Assembly (NCBI GenBank): GCA_016207885.1 | Contig: JACQZE010000014.1 | Span: forward strand, 25,724-89,723 | Source: Nitrospirota bacterium | GTDB taxonomy: Bacteria > Nitrospirota > Thermodesulfovibrionia > UBA6902 | Direction: 5' to 3' | DNA: 64,000 bases | In this document: in pieces, positions 28,052-36,278 of the stretch | Layout: the number at the start of each line of letters is the position of its first letter | Position numbering within the stretch: position 1 is the stretch's first letter | Made by a program: the position numbers and the translations under genes | Notes under the pieces: model-generated | The model's input: only the letters and a program-made list of their open reading frames with translations | Told to the model about the DNA's origin: nothing | Databases searched by the model: none

Positions 28052-29941
28052 GTGGCATTGGTCAGTCTACAGGATGTAATACTTTCTTTCGGCGGCCCGG
28101 AACTGCTTGACGGCGTGACGCTTCAGATAAGCGGCAATGAGCGGGTCTGTCTTGTCGGAAGGAACGGGGCAGGAAAGTCCACGCTTATGAAGATAATCAC
28201 CGGCGAGATAACACCTGACGCAGGCGAGGTCATATATGAACAGGGTGTGAGGATAGCATCTCTTTCTCAGGAGGTGCCGCAGAATTTAACAGGAACGGTA
28301 TTTGATCTTGTATCAGGCGGGCTCGGCAATATGGTCGAGCTGCTTTCGGAATACCACTCAATAAGCGTGAGGCTCGCGCATGGCGAAGACGCAGCCCTGA
28401 TGGCGGAGCTTGAACGCGTTCAGCACCTGATAGAGTCCGCCGGAGGCTGGCAGATACAGCAGAGGGTAGAGACTGTGATATCACGTCTCAGGCTCGACCC
28501 TGATGCTCAGGTTGCTGAGCTTTCAGGCGGAAATAAACGGCGAGTGCTGCTTGCGCGCGCGATCGTAAATGAGCCGGACCTGCTTCTCCTTGATGAGCCT
28601 ACTAACCATCTCGACATAACCTCGATCGCATGGCTTGAGGAATTTCTCCTCGGGTTCCGCGGCTCTATACTATTCATAACGCACGACCGCAGATTTCTCC
28701 AGACACTGGCAACACGGATCATAGAGCTTGACCGTGGACGGGTCACAGACTGGCCCGGCGATTATGCGACATATCTCAGAAGAAGGCAGGCGGAGCTTGA
28801 TGCAGAGGCGACACACAATGCTCTCTTTGATAAGAAGCTCTCGCAGGAAGAGGCGTGGATACGGCAGGGCGTCAAGGCGAGACGCACACGCAACGAAGGG
28901 CGCGTGAGGGCGTTGAAGGAGATGAGAAACGCTCGCAGCGCAAGGCGTGAAGAGGTTGGCAGCGCCGCGATGAGCCTTAACGAGGCAGAACGGTCAGGCA
29001 AGCGGGTCTTCCAGGCGATGCGCGTAGGGCACACATACGAGGGGATTCCTGTGATAAATGACTTCTCCACGACGATCATGCGCGGCGACAAGGTCGGCAT
29101 CATCGGCCCGAACGGCTCAGGCAAGACCACACTTCTTCGGATACTGCTTGGCGAGATGAAGCCTCACAGCGGTTCTGTGCGCAGGGGAACGAATCTCAAT
29201 GTCGCTTATTTTGACCAGCACCGCGCACAGCTTGATGATGAGAGTTCTGTCATGCAGAATGTGTCAGAGGGAAGCGACCACGTGACGGTCAACGGCAAGG
29301 CAAGGCACATAATCAGCTACCTTGGCGATTTCCTCTTCCCGCCGGAGAGGGCGCGCTCACAGGTGAAGTATCTCTCAGGAGGAGAACGCAACCGCGCGCT
29401 CCTTGCCAAGCTATTCACAAAACCATCCAACGTATTGGTTATGGACGAGCCCACCAACGATCTTGACACAGACACGCTGGAGCTTCTTGAAGAGATGCTG
29501 ATGGAGTATGAGGGCACGGTACTTATCGTGAGCCATGACAGAGAGTTCCTCAATAATATCGCAACGAGCACAATAGTCTTTGAAGGCGGCGGAAGGGTTG
29601 AAGAATATGTAGGAGGCTATGACGACTGGCTGCGGCAGCGCAGGCCCGTAGTTCCCGAAAAAACTGAAAAGCAGGTAAAGCCCCGTCAGAAGCAGGAGCG
29701 GCCGCGCGTAATGACATTCAAAGAGAAGAAGGAACTTGCGTCATTGCCCGCGCTGATAGAATCTTTGGAAACAGAACACAGCAAACTATATGAGTCTCTC
29801 GCAGATCCTGAATTATATAAGCAGGACGGAAGCAGGATACCTGAGATAAAGGTGCGGGTCAGTGAGATTGAAAAAGAGATTGCTGAAGCGTATAAGCGCT
29901 GGGAAGTCCTGGAAGCGATCTTGAGGTCTGTAACTGTTTAA
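28052..29941 (+). CDS. uup: ABC-F family ATPase, Uup-like (two ABC domains plus C-terminal coiled coil)
   Basis: 629 aa. Two Walker A motifs (GRNGAGKST, GPNGSGKTT), two signature motifs (LSGGNKRRV, LSGGERNRA), no TM domains, and a charged C-terminal helix. GTG start. Confidence 0.8.
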   Translation: MALVSLQDVILSFGGPELLDGVTLQISGNERVCLVGRNGAGKSTLMKIITGEITPDAGEVIYEQGVRIASLSQEVPQNLTGTVFDLVSGGLGNMVELLSEYHSISVRLAHGEDAALMAELERVQHLIESAGGWQIQQRVETVISRLRLDPDAQVAELSGGNKRRVLLARAIVNEPDLLLLDEPTNHLDITSIAWLEEFLLGFRGSILFITHDRRFLQTLATRIIELDRGRVTDWPGDYATYLRRRQAELDAEATHNALFDKKLSQEEAWIRQGVKARRTRNEGRVRALKEMRNARSARREEVGSAAMSLNEAERSGKRVFQAMRVGHTYEGIPVINDFSTTIMRGDKVGIIGPNGSGKTTLLRILLGEMKPHSGSVRRGTNLNVAYFDQHRAQLDDESSVMQNVSEGSDHVTVNGKARHIISYLGDFLFPPERARSQVKYLSGGERNRALLAKLFTKPSNVLVMDEPTNDLDTDTLELLEEMLMEYEGTVLIVSHDREFLNNIATSTIVFEGGGRVEEYVGGYDDWLRQRRPVVPEKTEKQVKPRQKQERPRVMTFKEKKELASLPALIESLETEHSKLYESLADPELYKQDGSRIPEIKVRVSEIEKEIAEAYKRWEVLEAILRSVTV

Positions 29942-29951
29942 GATGTAATTA

Positions 29952-30026
29952 TGGTGGGCGATGTAGGTTTCGAACCTACGGCCTCTGCCGTGTGAAGGCA
30001 GCGCTCTCCCCCTGAGCTAATCGCCC
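29952..30026 (-). tRNA. trnV: tRNA-Val (anticodon CAC), CCA encoded
   Basis: The minus strand folds by hand into a cloverleaf: GGGCGAT-TA-GCTC-AGGGGGA-GAGC-G-CTGCC-TTCACAC-GGCAG-AGGCC-GTAGG-TTCGAAA-CCTAC-ATCGCCC-A-CCA (75 nt). Confidence 0.9.
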
Positions 30027-30286
30027 TGCGGTTGTTTTTCGGATAAGTTGGATATCAGTTCATTTATGTATTTACGGCTTTTCATCTTCTTTATTTGTAT
30101 CTCTCTGATAACAGCTTCACTCCGAGTTTTGTAAGATTCATGATACGCTATTTGCCAGGGCCTTTTTGCTTTTGTTGATTTTGTATATCCATTATTATGC
30201 CGAAGTACTCTTTCCTGAATATTTTGGCACTGTCCGGTGTAGAACGAGCCATCTACTTCACTTTTGAGGATATAAATGTAAAACAT
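30017..30286 (-). CDS. Small GIY-YIG (URI-domain) nuclease family protein
   Basis: 89 aa: FYIYILKS...GSFYTGQCQNIQERVLRHNNG...E, i.e. GIY / YxG / R / H-N / E in the expected order. The last codons (CAG GGC GAT TAG) lie inside the 5' end of tRNA-Val. Confidence 0.8.
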   Translation of the reverse strand: MFYIYILKSEVDGSFYTGQCQNIQERVLRHNNGYTKSTKAKRPWQIAYHESYKTRSEAVIREIQIKKMKSRKYINELISNLSEKQPQGD

Positions 30287-30299
30287 ATATTTTTATGTC

Positions 30300-30367
30300 A
30301 CGGCCTTCCCGACGCGTCGGGACGCTCTCCCCGTGCCTGCCCCGAAGTATCGGGGAGCTAATCGCCC
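30300..30367 (-). pseudogene. Rearranged partial copy of the tRNA-Val 5' two-thirds
   Basis: The minus strand reads GGGCGATTAGCT[CCCCGATACTTCGGGG CAGGCAC]GGGGAGAGCG[TCCCGACGCGTCGGGA]AGGCCGT. Unbracketed blocks match tRNA-Val acceptor-5'/D-arm, D-arm 3' and variable loop/T-stem start. Bracketed blocks are an inserted hairpin and a perfect 16-nt palindrome in place of the anticodon arm. Confidence 0.7.
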
Positions 30368-30445
30368 TTATTTTCTTTACAGGATATTCTATCTTAAAAC
30401 CAACTCTTAATTAAATCAAATGCGTCTCTTGTTTATTTCCGGGAA

Positions 30446-30474
30446 TTGAAAATTACGCCTTTACATTGTAAAAT
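30446..30474 (+). promoter_or_regulatory. Candidate sigma-70 promoter for the two-component operon
   Basis: TTGAAA (30446-30451), a 17-nt spacer, then TAAAAT (30469-30474), about 40 nt upstream of the regulator ATG. Confidence 0.35.
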
Positions 30475-30514
30475 TATAAAACTTTATTTCAGTTAAGTTA
30501 CCTGAGGTCATTAT

Positions 30515-31117
30515 ATGGCTGTAAAAGTTCTGATCGTTGATGATGATGTTGCTCTTGCTACCCAGCTCAAATGGTTTTTGCCGAAAAAATATGTGTCTGT
30601 ACTTGCGCATACTGCTGAAGATGCCCTCGCCTTTTTCTGTAATAATGGCATTGACATAGTTCTGCTGGATCTCGGGCTTCCTCCATATGAGAACACGCCT
30701 GAGGTAGGCCTTAAGCTTCTTAATGATATGCTGGCTGCGAAGCCAGGTATAAAGATAGTTGTTGTGACAGGCCAGAAGGAGAGGAACGTGGCTGTAAAGG
30801 CGATATCCCAGGGGGCGTTTGATTATCTCATGAAACCGGTTGGAGAGAGCAAGCTTGTTGATTCTTTGAAAAGAGCTGAGTTTTTTGCTGATATAGAGAG
30901 TGATATACCTGCTGAAGAAAAGTCGATCAAGATAAATCCGCAGAGCCTTAATGAGGGCTTCGAGACGCTTAAGGAGGACATGAAGAAACATATAATCATT
31001 GAAGCTCTGCAGAAGACTGAAAACAACGTATCAAAGACCGCCAGGCTCCTTGGACTGAGAAGAACATCCGTCTATTACTACATCAATAAGTATAATCTGA
31101 GAACCAGGGATCAATGA
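30515..31117 (+). CDS. Response regulator, PrsR-like receiver plus Fis-type HTH, without a sigma-54 AAA+ module
   Basis: 200 aa. The REC domain has QLKWFL...LLDLGLPP...IVVVTGQKERNVAVKAISQGAFDYLMKP, resembling PEP-CTERM-box regulators as I recall them. The C-terminal HTH is NVSKTARLLGLRRTSVYYYINKY, and no Walker/GAFTGA region lies between. Confidence 0.75.
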   Translation: MAVKVLIVDDDVALATQLKWFLPKKYVSVLAHTAEDALAFFCNNGIDIVLLDLGLPPYENTPEVGLKLLNDMLAAKPGIKIVVVTGQKERNVAVKAISQGAFDYLMKPVGESKLVDSLKRAEFFADIESDIPAEEKSIKINPQSLNEGFETLKEDMKKHIIIEALQKTENNVSKTARLLGLRRTSVYYYINKYNLRTRDQ

Positions 31118-33033
31118 AACCCCTTATCCTGTTTACGATTGCCTGCGCAGTCGGGCTGCTTTCGCTGATCGTAACACGGACGTACACGAAGAACAGGGCC
31201 GCAATCATTTTTTTCACTGCTGATATCGCTCTGCTTATCGCCATTTATTACTTCATGATCAATTTGTTCTATATCTTTGCATATCTTGTGCTGCTCTTTC
31301 TCTTTCTCTTTATCCTCTCAATTATGAGGGTCACTTCAAAAAACAGTTCTTTTCTGATCAAGGATTCTTTGATCTCTCCGGATACGAGACGTTCCAGTTC
31401 CTCATCGGTTCGTGAAGGGATCAATGCTGCTATCAAATATGCGTCTTTCGGGCATTTGGCGCTGTCTTCTATTCTTGTGTCTGTCTTTATGCTCCCTGAG
31501 ATATATCACTCTATCGCCATTACCGCCGGAGTCGGCATGGCGTTTTTCTCTCTGATCAATCTCAGCCTGGTCCGTCAGAGAAGAAATCTGCTGGCGTATG
31601 ACAAGGCCTTTCTTCATGTGCTGTATATCAAGGTCATTGTCCTTGCATTGTCAATGAACCCTTTCTTTCTCTGGAACTATTCTTTTGTTGCTCCTTTGTC
31701 TTCGCTGCTTGTCATAGCAGCCGGTTACGGGGTGCTTTTTAAAGGGGAACTTTTCATCTTCAGGGTCAGGGCCTCCGCGGATATGTTATGGAAGGCGCTG
31801 CTCCTCATCAGCCTTATTATCTACGGCGTTATTCTTGTTTATCTTGACCGCTACTCTCCACAGGATGCGTTCGCGTTTTATATCAGGATATTCCTGGTAT
31901 CGGCATTCATTATTATTTCAGGGACGCTGTTTTACAGCCGTGAGGCAAGGCTTAAGGTCAAGTTCTTTATCTTACGCCATTTATATGTCAGCAGATATAA
32001 CCTCCTTGAGCTGCTGACCCGAATATTCTCACTGTACCAGAAGAGCAATGAAAGCATGAACTTCTTTATTAAAGAGGTGATGAATTATTTCTTTGAGAAT
32101 TATCCGTTTTCCTGCATAACGTTCATGTTTTCAGCTAAAGATAATAAGATTGAAGAAAAGATAGGCGAGCAGGGAGAGGGAAGCTTTCCTCTCAGGTTTA
32201 GAGATGAAACGAGTACCGCTAAGATCGAGATCGTTTTTTACAGCAAAGTGATCTTTGATGAAGACGACAGGATGAATCTCAGGCTTATTGCTGAACTTCT
32301 ATTCCGGATGACATATGACATGTACCTTACCCGCAGCAAAGTCTTCAGGGAGAAACTGGAGATAGCCGAGAGGCTTAAGCTCTTTCTCATCCATGACCTG
32401 AAGAACATATGCCATACGCTTAATATGCTTGAGAAGAACATATCAAGGGTGCAGCCCTCGGAGGCCGAAGAGTTTCTTAATGATTTTCGCCTTACAGTGC
32501 CCCATCTGGTCAAAAGGGCTGAGAAGATACTAAATACCATCGGTATATTGAGAGAGGGGAATAATCCCACTATATTTTCATTGAAGGATGTAATCGATGA
32601 GATACTCAAGCTCTTTCATAAGAAGCAGATCTTTATAACAAATTTTGACGGTGATGACAGGATATATGCCGACAGGGCGGCAGTAATGGTCGCTCTTGAG
32701 AATATCCTGCGGAACGCGCATGATAAATCTTTTGAAGACGCCCGGCTTGAGATAAGCATACATGGCAGCAGGGTTGATGAGAATTATGTCCTCACAATAT
32801 GTGATGACGGCATTCCCATGCCGGAAGAGGTTGCCGGAAGGATATTTGAACCCTTCTTTACGACCAAGAAAGGCGGCATAGGGGTGGGGCTTTATCAGAC
32901 AAAGGAATTTATTGTATCACAGCACGGAACTGTGGAAGTGCAAAACTCGCCGTCAGGCGTATGTTTTATTATCAAACTTCCTGTGGGACAGCATGATCTT
33001 TTTCATTCAGATGTAAATAATTTAGACAGTTGA
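31114..33033 (+). CDS. Polytopic sensor histidine kinase, PrsK-like
   Basis: 639 aa with about 300 aa of multiple TM helices, a central domain, an H-box (LFLIHDLKNICHTL), and an ATP-binding region (CDDGIPMP...FFTTKKGGIGVGLY). It overlaps the regulator by 4 bp. Confidence 0.75.
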   Translation: MKPLILFTIACAVGLLSLIVTRTYTKNRAAIIFFTADIALLIAIYYFMINLFYIFAYLVLLFLFLFILSIMRVTSKNSSFLIKDSLISPDTRRSSSSSVREGINAAIKYASFGHLALSSILVSVFMLPEIYHSIAITAGVGMAFFSLINLSLVRQRRNLLAYDKAFLHVLYIKVIVLALSMNPFFLWNYSFVAPLSSLLVIAAGYGVLFKGELFIFRVRASADMLWKALLLISLIIYGVILVYLDRYSPQDAFAFYIRIFLVSAFIIISGTLFYSREARLKVKFFILRHLYVSRYNLLELLTRIFSLYQKSNESMNFFIKEVMNYFFENYPFSCITFMFSAKDNKIEEKIGEQGEGSFPLRFRDETSTAKIEIVFYSKVIFDEDDRMNLRLIAELLFRMTYDMYLTRSKVFREKLEIAERLKLFLIHDLKNICHTLNMLEKNISRVQPSEAEEFLNDFRLTVPHLVKRAEKILNTIGILREGNNPTIFSLKDVIDEILKLFHKKQIFITNFDGDDRIYADRAAVMVALENILRNAHDKSFEDARLEISIHGSRVDENYVLTICDDGIPMPEEVAGRIFEPFFTTKKGGIGVGLYQTKEFIVSQHGTVEVQNSPSGVCFIIKLPVGQHDLFHSDVNNLDS

Positions 33034-33034
33034 C
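33022..33034 (+). promoter_or_regulatory. TTAG-N4-TTGAC promoter-proximal motif, copy 1 (ttagacagttgac)
   Basis: The motif overlaps the kinase stop codon. TTGAC at 33030-33034 is followed at 17-18 nt by TATCAT (33053-33058), upstream of the 33128 gene. Confidence 0.5.
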
Positions 33035-33127
33035 CTGAGCCGGTACATCGTATATCATCTTCTTAACCCTATATTTATATAATAATTCGAAGTAGTTTCA
33101 GCTATTCCACAGTTAAGGTTATTTCTA

Positions 33128-33760
33128 ATGATATGTGACAGCAGGAACAGGAAAAAATCAGGGGTTAGCATAATATTTATTGTTATTTCGATCACAGCGG
33201 TATGTCTTGCCATTTTTGCCTTCTTTGCCGGCGGCAAGTTAATGGCTGACATGCATGCAAAGAATGTTGTTCAATGGTGCAGGAAGTGGGAGTCAGCCGA
33301 GCTGACCTACTATTTTAAACGTGATAAACTTGCCGGTGATAAAAACGGCAACGGCATTATTGCTGATGAAGGCGGCCCGGGGTCGCCTGTAATGGAGCTT
33401 GTCGGATCCAAAGTTATCTCTGAATCCATGAAGAAGATCGAGGAAGGTGATTCCATATTTTATATAAATATAGGATTCAATACCGTTAAAAACAGGAAGA
33501 GAAATGTATTTGTCATATGCCCTTCTGCAAAATGTGACAGGACGCTTAACAAGGACGAGGCTGCAATGATGGTGAAGATAGACAAGCTGATGGATGGCGA
33601 GGCTATCGCTTCAGAGGGGAATTTAAAGGGAGCTACAGGTGTTACCCTGGTTTCAGAGGGGGATACAGTGACTGATGTCAGGGAGGCGGCGGCATCAGCA
33701 GACTGGAACGGATCATCATTAATAGGAGCTGTTTATTATTTTGAGGATTCCGGCAAGTGA
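33128..33760 (+). CDS. Pilin-like paralogue with a degenerate N-terminus (generic TM anchor, no G-F-x-x-x-E motif)
   Basis: 210 aa. The body aligns by eye with 34748, 35540 and 36279 (GDKNGNGIIADEGG; KRNVFVICPSAKCD; KIDKLMDGEA; AVYYFE). The N-terminus is KKSGVSIIFIVISITAV, without Glu at +5. Confidence 0.6.
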   Translation: MICDSRNRKKSGVSIIFIVISITAVCLAIFAFFAGGKLMADMHAKNVVQWCRKWESAELTYYFKRDKLAGDKNGNGIIADEGGPGSPVMELVGSKVISESMKKIEEGDSIFYINIGFNTVKNRKRNVFVICPSAKCDRTLNKDEAAMMVKIDKLMDGEAIASEGNLKGATGVTLVSEGDTVTDVREAAASADWNGSSLIGAVYYFEDSGK

Positions 33761-33814
33761 TATTTCCATAGCAATAACCCTATGTTTTATTTGTATAAAT
33801 TTTTTGTTTAATTC

Positions 33815-33827
33815 TTAGACAGTTGAC
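33815..33827 (+). promoter_or_regulatory. TTAG-N4-TTGAC motif, copy 2 (attcttagacagttgac)
   Basis: The 13-mer is identical to copy 1. TATATA lies 16 nt downstream of TTGACG, about 65 nt upstream of the 33893 pilin ATG. Confidence 0.55.
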
Positions 33828-33892
33828 GGATTGAACAATCCATTATATATACTAATGTACTGCGGCATTATCTTAAGCATAAGGAAAATAAA

Positions 33893-34531
33893 ATGTTATC
33901 TATTTTTAAACTGAATAAGAAACAGGGCTTTTCTTTAGTTGAGCTTTCAATTGTCCTGGTCATAATAGGCCTGCTTATCGCCGCGCTTGTCAAGGGCAAG
34001 GCTGTGCTCGAGAATGCGAGGATCAAAAGGGTCATAGGAGATGTCGAGACCATCGTTTCCGCCTATAATACATACTATGACCTCTACAGCGCTTATCCCG
34101 GAGATGACCGGTTCGCAAGCGGAAGATGGCCTACTCTTGTTGTGAGTGGTGATGCAGACGCTTTGATCGAGGGCGCAAATTGTAACATTGGCCCGGCAGA
34201 CGGGCAGGAGTGCAATGAGGCGTGGCAGGAATTAAGGGCGGCGCTTATGGTGCAGGGAGACCCGCTTGCTACAGGTGCGTCTGTTCTGCCTACGCATACT
34301 CTTGGCGGTATAATATGGATATGGAATAGTTCGAGTGACGGAGCCGGTATGGCTGAATTCGGCATAAGCGGGAACAGGAATTACATAGGTGTTACAAATT
34401 TAAGGAGCGAGGTCGCTGAAGTAATAGATAACAAATTTGATGATGGTGTCTTTGATTCAGGTAGCGTGCGCGGCAGCGCTGATTACAGTATAGATCCCGA
34501 AGCTGTTGTGGAGATATATTACGCGTTATAG
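33893..34531 (+). CDS. Type IV prepilin-like protein (candidate major subunit)
   Basis: 212 aa with the class III signal MLSIFKLNKKQG|FSLVELSIVLVIIGLLIAALV (Gly-1, Phe+1, Glu+5) and a C-terminal Cys pair. Confidence 0.78.
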   Translation: MLSIFKLNKKQGFSLVELSIVLVIIGLLIAALVKGKAVLENARIKRVIGDVETIVSAYNTYYDLYSAYPGDDRFASGRWPTLVVSGDADALIEGANCNIGPADGQECNEAWQELRAALMVQGDPLATGASVLPTHTLGGIIWIWNSSSDGAGMAEFGISGNRNYIGVTNLRSEVAEVIDNKFDDGVFDSGSVRGSADYSIDPEAVVEIYYAL

Positions 34532-34561
34532 GCTTATGGGACAGCTTATTCTGTTTTAGAG

Positions 34562-34591
34562 TTAGACATGTTGAAATCTTAGTCAGTTGAC
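34562..34591 (+). promoter_or_regulatory. TTAG-N4-TTGAC motif, tandem copies 3a/3b (ttagacatgttgaa; ttagtcagttgac)
   Basis: Two adjacent variants are present. The second ends in TTGACA (34587-34592), followed by a TATAAA/TAAAGT -10 candidate, upstream of the 34748 pilin. Confidence 0.5.
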
Positions 34592-34747
34592 AGGACAGCG
34601 GTTTTTTTATAAAGTTTAGTCAGGTCAGGAGTTAAAATTTTTTTAAAAGGAGGGATCAAGGGGCTTACCGGTTTTATTTGACTTACAAACTTTAACAACC
34701 ATGAAACCATAAAGGGCATGGAAAATCAAAAAGGAGGAGTAAAGAGC

Positions 34748-35389
34748 ATGAAAACATTTCAGAAGATGAGAGAGCAAAAGGGCTTCACACTGATCGAACT
34801 TGCGATCGTCCTTGTCATCATCGGCATCATCATCGGCGCCGTTTTGAAGGGGCAGGATCTTATCGAATCAGCCCGTATCAAGAAGTTTGACAACAGCCTC
34901 AGGGAGTGGGAGACCGCTGTATGGACCTATGTTGACAGAAAAGGGACCTTCCCCGGCGACACTAACTCAAACGGCATCATAGGCGACACTGCGGCGTCAG
35001 ATTATTCTGCAGGAGAGGATATTGTTAATGCCAACTTCATCAATAGTCCTGATACTAATCCTTTGACCGTAGGCAGTTTACAGTTCTATGTATTTTTTGG
35101 TAATGACGATGACACAGTGGACAAGAATGTTATGGTCATATGCGCAAATGTTGATTGCGATCAGACTTTTGATGATTCTTACGTCAAATATGCCGAGTCT
35201 TTTGACACGGTAATTGACGGTTCTGTTGGTGTTGGAGGTACTGTAGCGTGTAGCGATGGCGCAATAGCTGTAACCGCAAGTAACAGCGGCGATGCCGATG
35301 AAGGGTTTATAGATGCGGCAATAACACCGGCAGCCTGTTCTACCTCTTCTGAGGCTATGGTGTATTATTTTGACAGAGGCAACAACTGA
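34748..35389 (+). CDS. Type IV prepilin-like protein, small paralogue family
   Basis: Start moved to ATG 34748 behind AAAGGAGGAG. Class III signal MKTFQKMREQKG|FTLIELAIVLVIIGIIIGAV. Family motifs are GDTNSNGIIGD, NVMVICANVDCDQ, SFDTVIDG and a C-terminal MVYYFD. Confidence 0.8.
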   Translation: MKTFQKMREQKGFTLIELAIVLVIIGIIIGAVLKGQDLIESARIKKFDNSLREWETAVWTYVDRKGTFPGDTNSNGIIGDTAASDYSAGEDIVNANFINSPDTNPLTVGSLQFYVFFGNDDDTVDKNVMVICANVDCDQTFDDSYVKYAESFDTVIDGSVGVGGTVACSDGAIAVTASNSGDADEGFIDAAITPAACSTSSEAMVYYFDRGNN

Positions 35390-35430
35390 TAGCAGGATTG
35401 ATAACAAAGTAACATTAGATGTTAGTTTAT

Positions 35431-35461
35431 TAATGGGGGCTAAGGCCCCCATTAATTTTTT
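35431..35461 (+). terminator. Intrinsic terminator after the 34748 pilin
   Basis: 10-bp perfect stem (taatgggggc / gcccccatta), loop taag, then a T-run. Confidence 0.8.
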
Positions 35462-35464
35462 ATT

Positions 35465-35477
35465 TTAACTGCTTGAC
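35465..35477 (+). promoter_or_regulatory. Weaker TTAG-N4-TTGAC-like motif (ttaactgcttgac) with a TATAAT -10
   Basis: TTGACT (35473-35478), a 16-nt spacer, then TATAAT (35495-35500), upstream of the 35540 pilin. Confidence 0.5.
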
Positions 35478-35539
35478 TTTATATCATTTAATGCTATAAT
35501 TATTTTATTCAATATTATTTGTTAATAGGGCGGTAAATA

Positions 35540-36190
35540 ATGAAACTCAGGGAAGAAAGAGGTTTTACACTTATTGAACTTGCTCTTATTCTTATCATAA
35601 TCGGCATAATTATCAGCCTTGTGCTAAAAGGGCAGGATGTAATTGAGTCTTCCCGCATGAAGAAGTTTGAGACAGATGTAAGGCACTGGAGGACATCAGC
35701 CTGGCTTTTTTTAGAGAGAAAGGGTGCTTTCCCAGGTGATGGGGATAGCAATGGCATCATAGGTGATGAGGCAACGGCAGTACTCGTACCAGGGTCAACT
35801 GTCATACTGAATGCTAATCTAATAAATCCGCCAAAGGCGAACCCGGTTAGTGCCGGCAGTTTGAATTTCTGGCTCTACTGGGGAACTAATGACGCTTCTG
35901 GAACCTTAGGGCGCAAGAGAAATGTCATGGTTATCTGCGCTAACAATGATTGCACCCAGCCTTTTGAAGGGGATGACTCTGGCGGTAATATGAAGTATGT
36001 TGAGTTCCTTGATACGGTTATTGACGGTGCGAGAGACGGCACAGTTGGCCTTATAAGGGCGGTATCTACTTCTCCGTTACTGGAAGGTTCAGGTGATGAC
36101 AGGACTGTCAGGGAAGTTTCTGAGGCTGGTACAGCATGGACCTCAGGTTCGACAGTGGCATTAGTCTATTATATAGACAAGAATTTGTAA
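35540..36190 (+). CDS. Type IV prepilin-like protein, small paralogue family
   Basis: 216 aa with MKLREERG|FTLIELALILIIIGIII. Family motifs are GDGDSNGIIGDE, KRNVMVICANNDCTQ, FLDTVIDG and a C-terminal ALVYYID. Confidence 0.8.
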   Translation: MKLREERGFTLIELALILIIIGIIISLVLKGQDVIESSRMKKFETDVRHWRTSAWLFLERKGAFPGDGDSNGIIGDEATAVLVPGSTVILNANLINPPKANPVSAGSLNFWLYWGTNDASGTLGRKRNVMVICANNDCTQPFEGDDSGGNMKYVEFLDTVIDGARDGTVGLIRAVSTSPLLEGSGDDRTVREVSEAGTAWTSGSTVALVYYIDKNL

Positions 36191-36228
36191 TAATTAATCA
36201 ATACGTCAGGTTTAAATATACTGTTTTA

Positions 36229-36257
36229 AGGGGCGATGGATCGCCCCTATTTTTTTG
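36229..36257 (+). terminator. Intrinsic terminator after the 35540 pilin
   Basis: aggggcga / tcgcccct stem, loop tgga, followed by T7. Confidence 0.8.
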
Positions 36258-36278
36258 ATATTTTAATATGGACAAGAA

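Noticed and set aside
29952-30367. Group I intron or integrase-type genomic island at tRNA-Val.
   Set aside because: The tRNA is intact and uninterrupted, and the extra DNA is upstream rather than in the anticodon loop. No integrase is present, and only a 270-nt GIY-YIG ORF lies between the tRNA and the fragment. I kept it as a small-element or tRNA-mimic observation instead.
34718-34747. Upstream ATG starts for two pilin genes: 34718 for the 34748 gene and 43825 for the 43849 gene.
   Set aside because: The downstream ATGs sit at proper distance from strong RBSs (AAAGGAGGAG and CAGGAGG). They give the short basic leaders expected for prepilins. The upstream starts would add 8-10 atypical residues.
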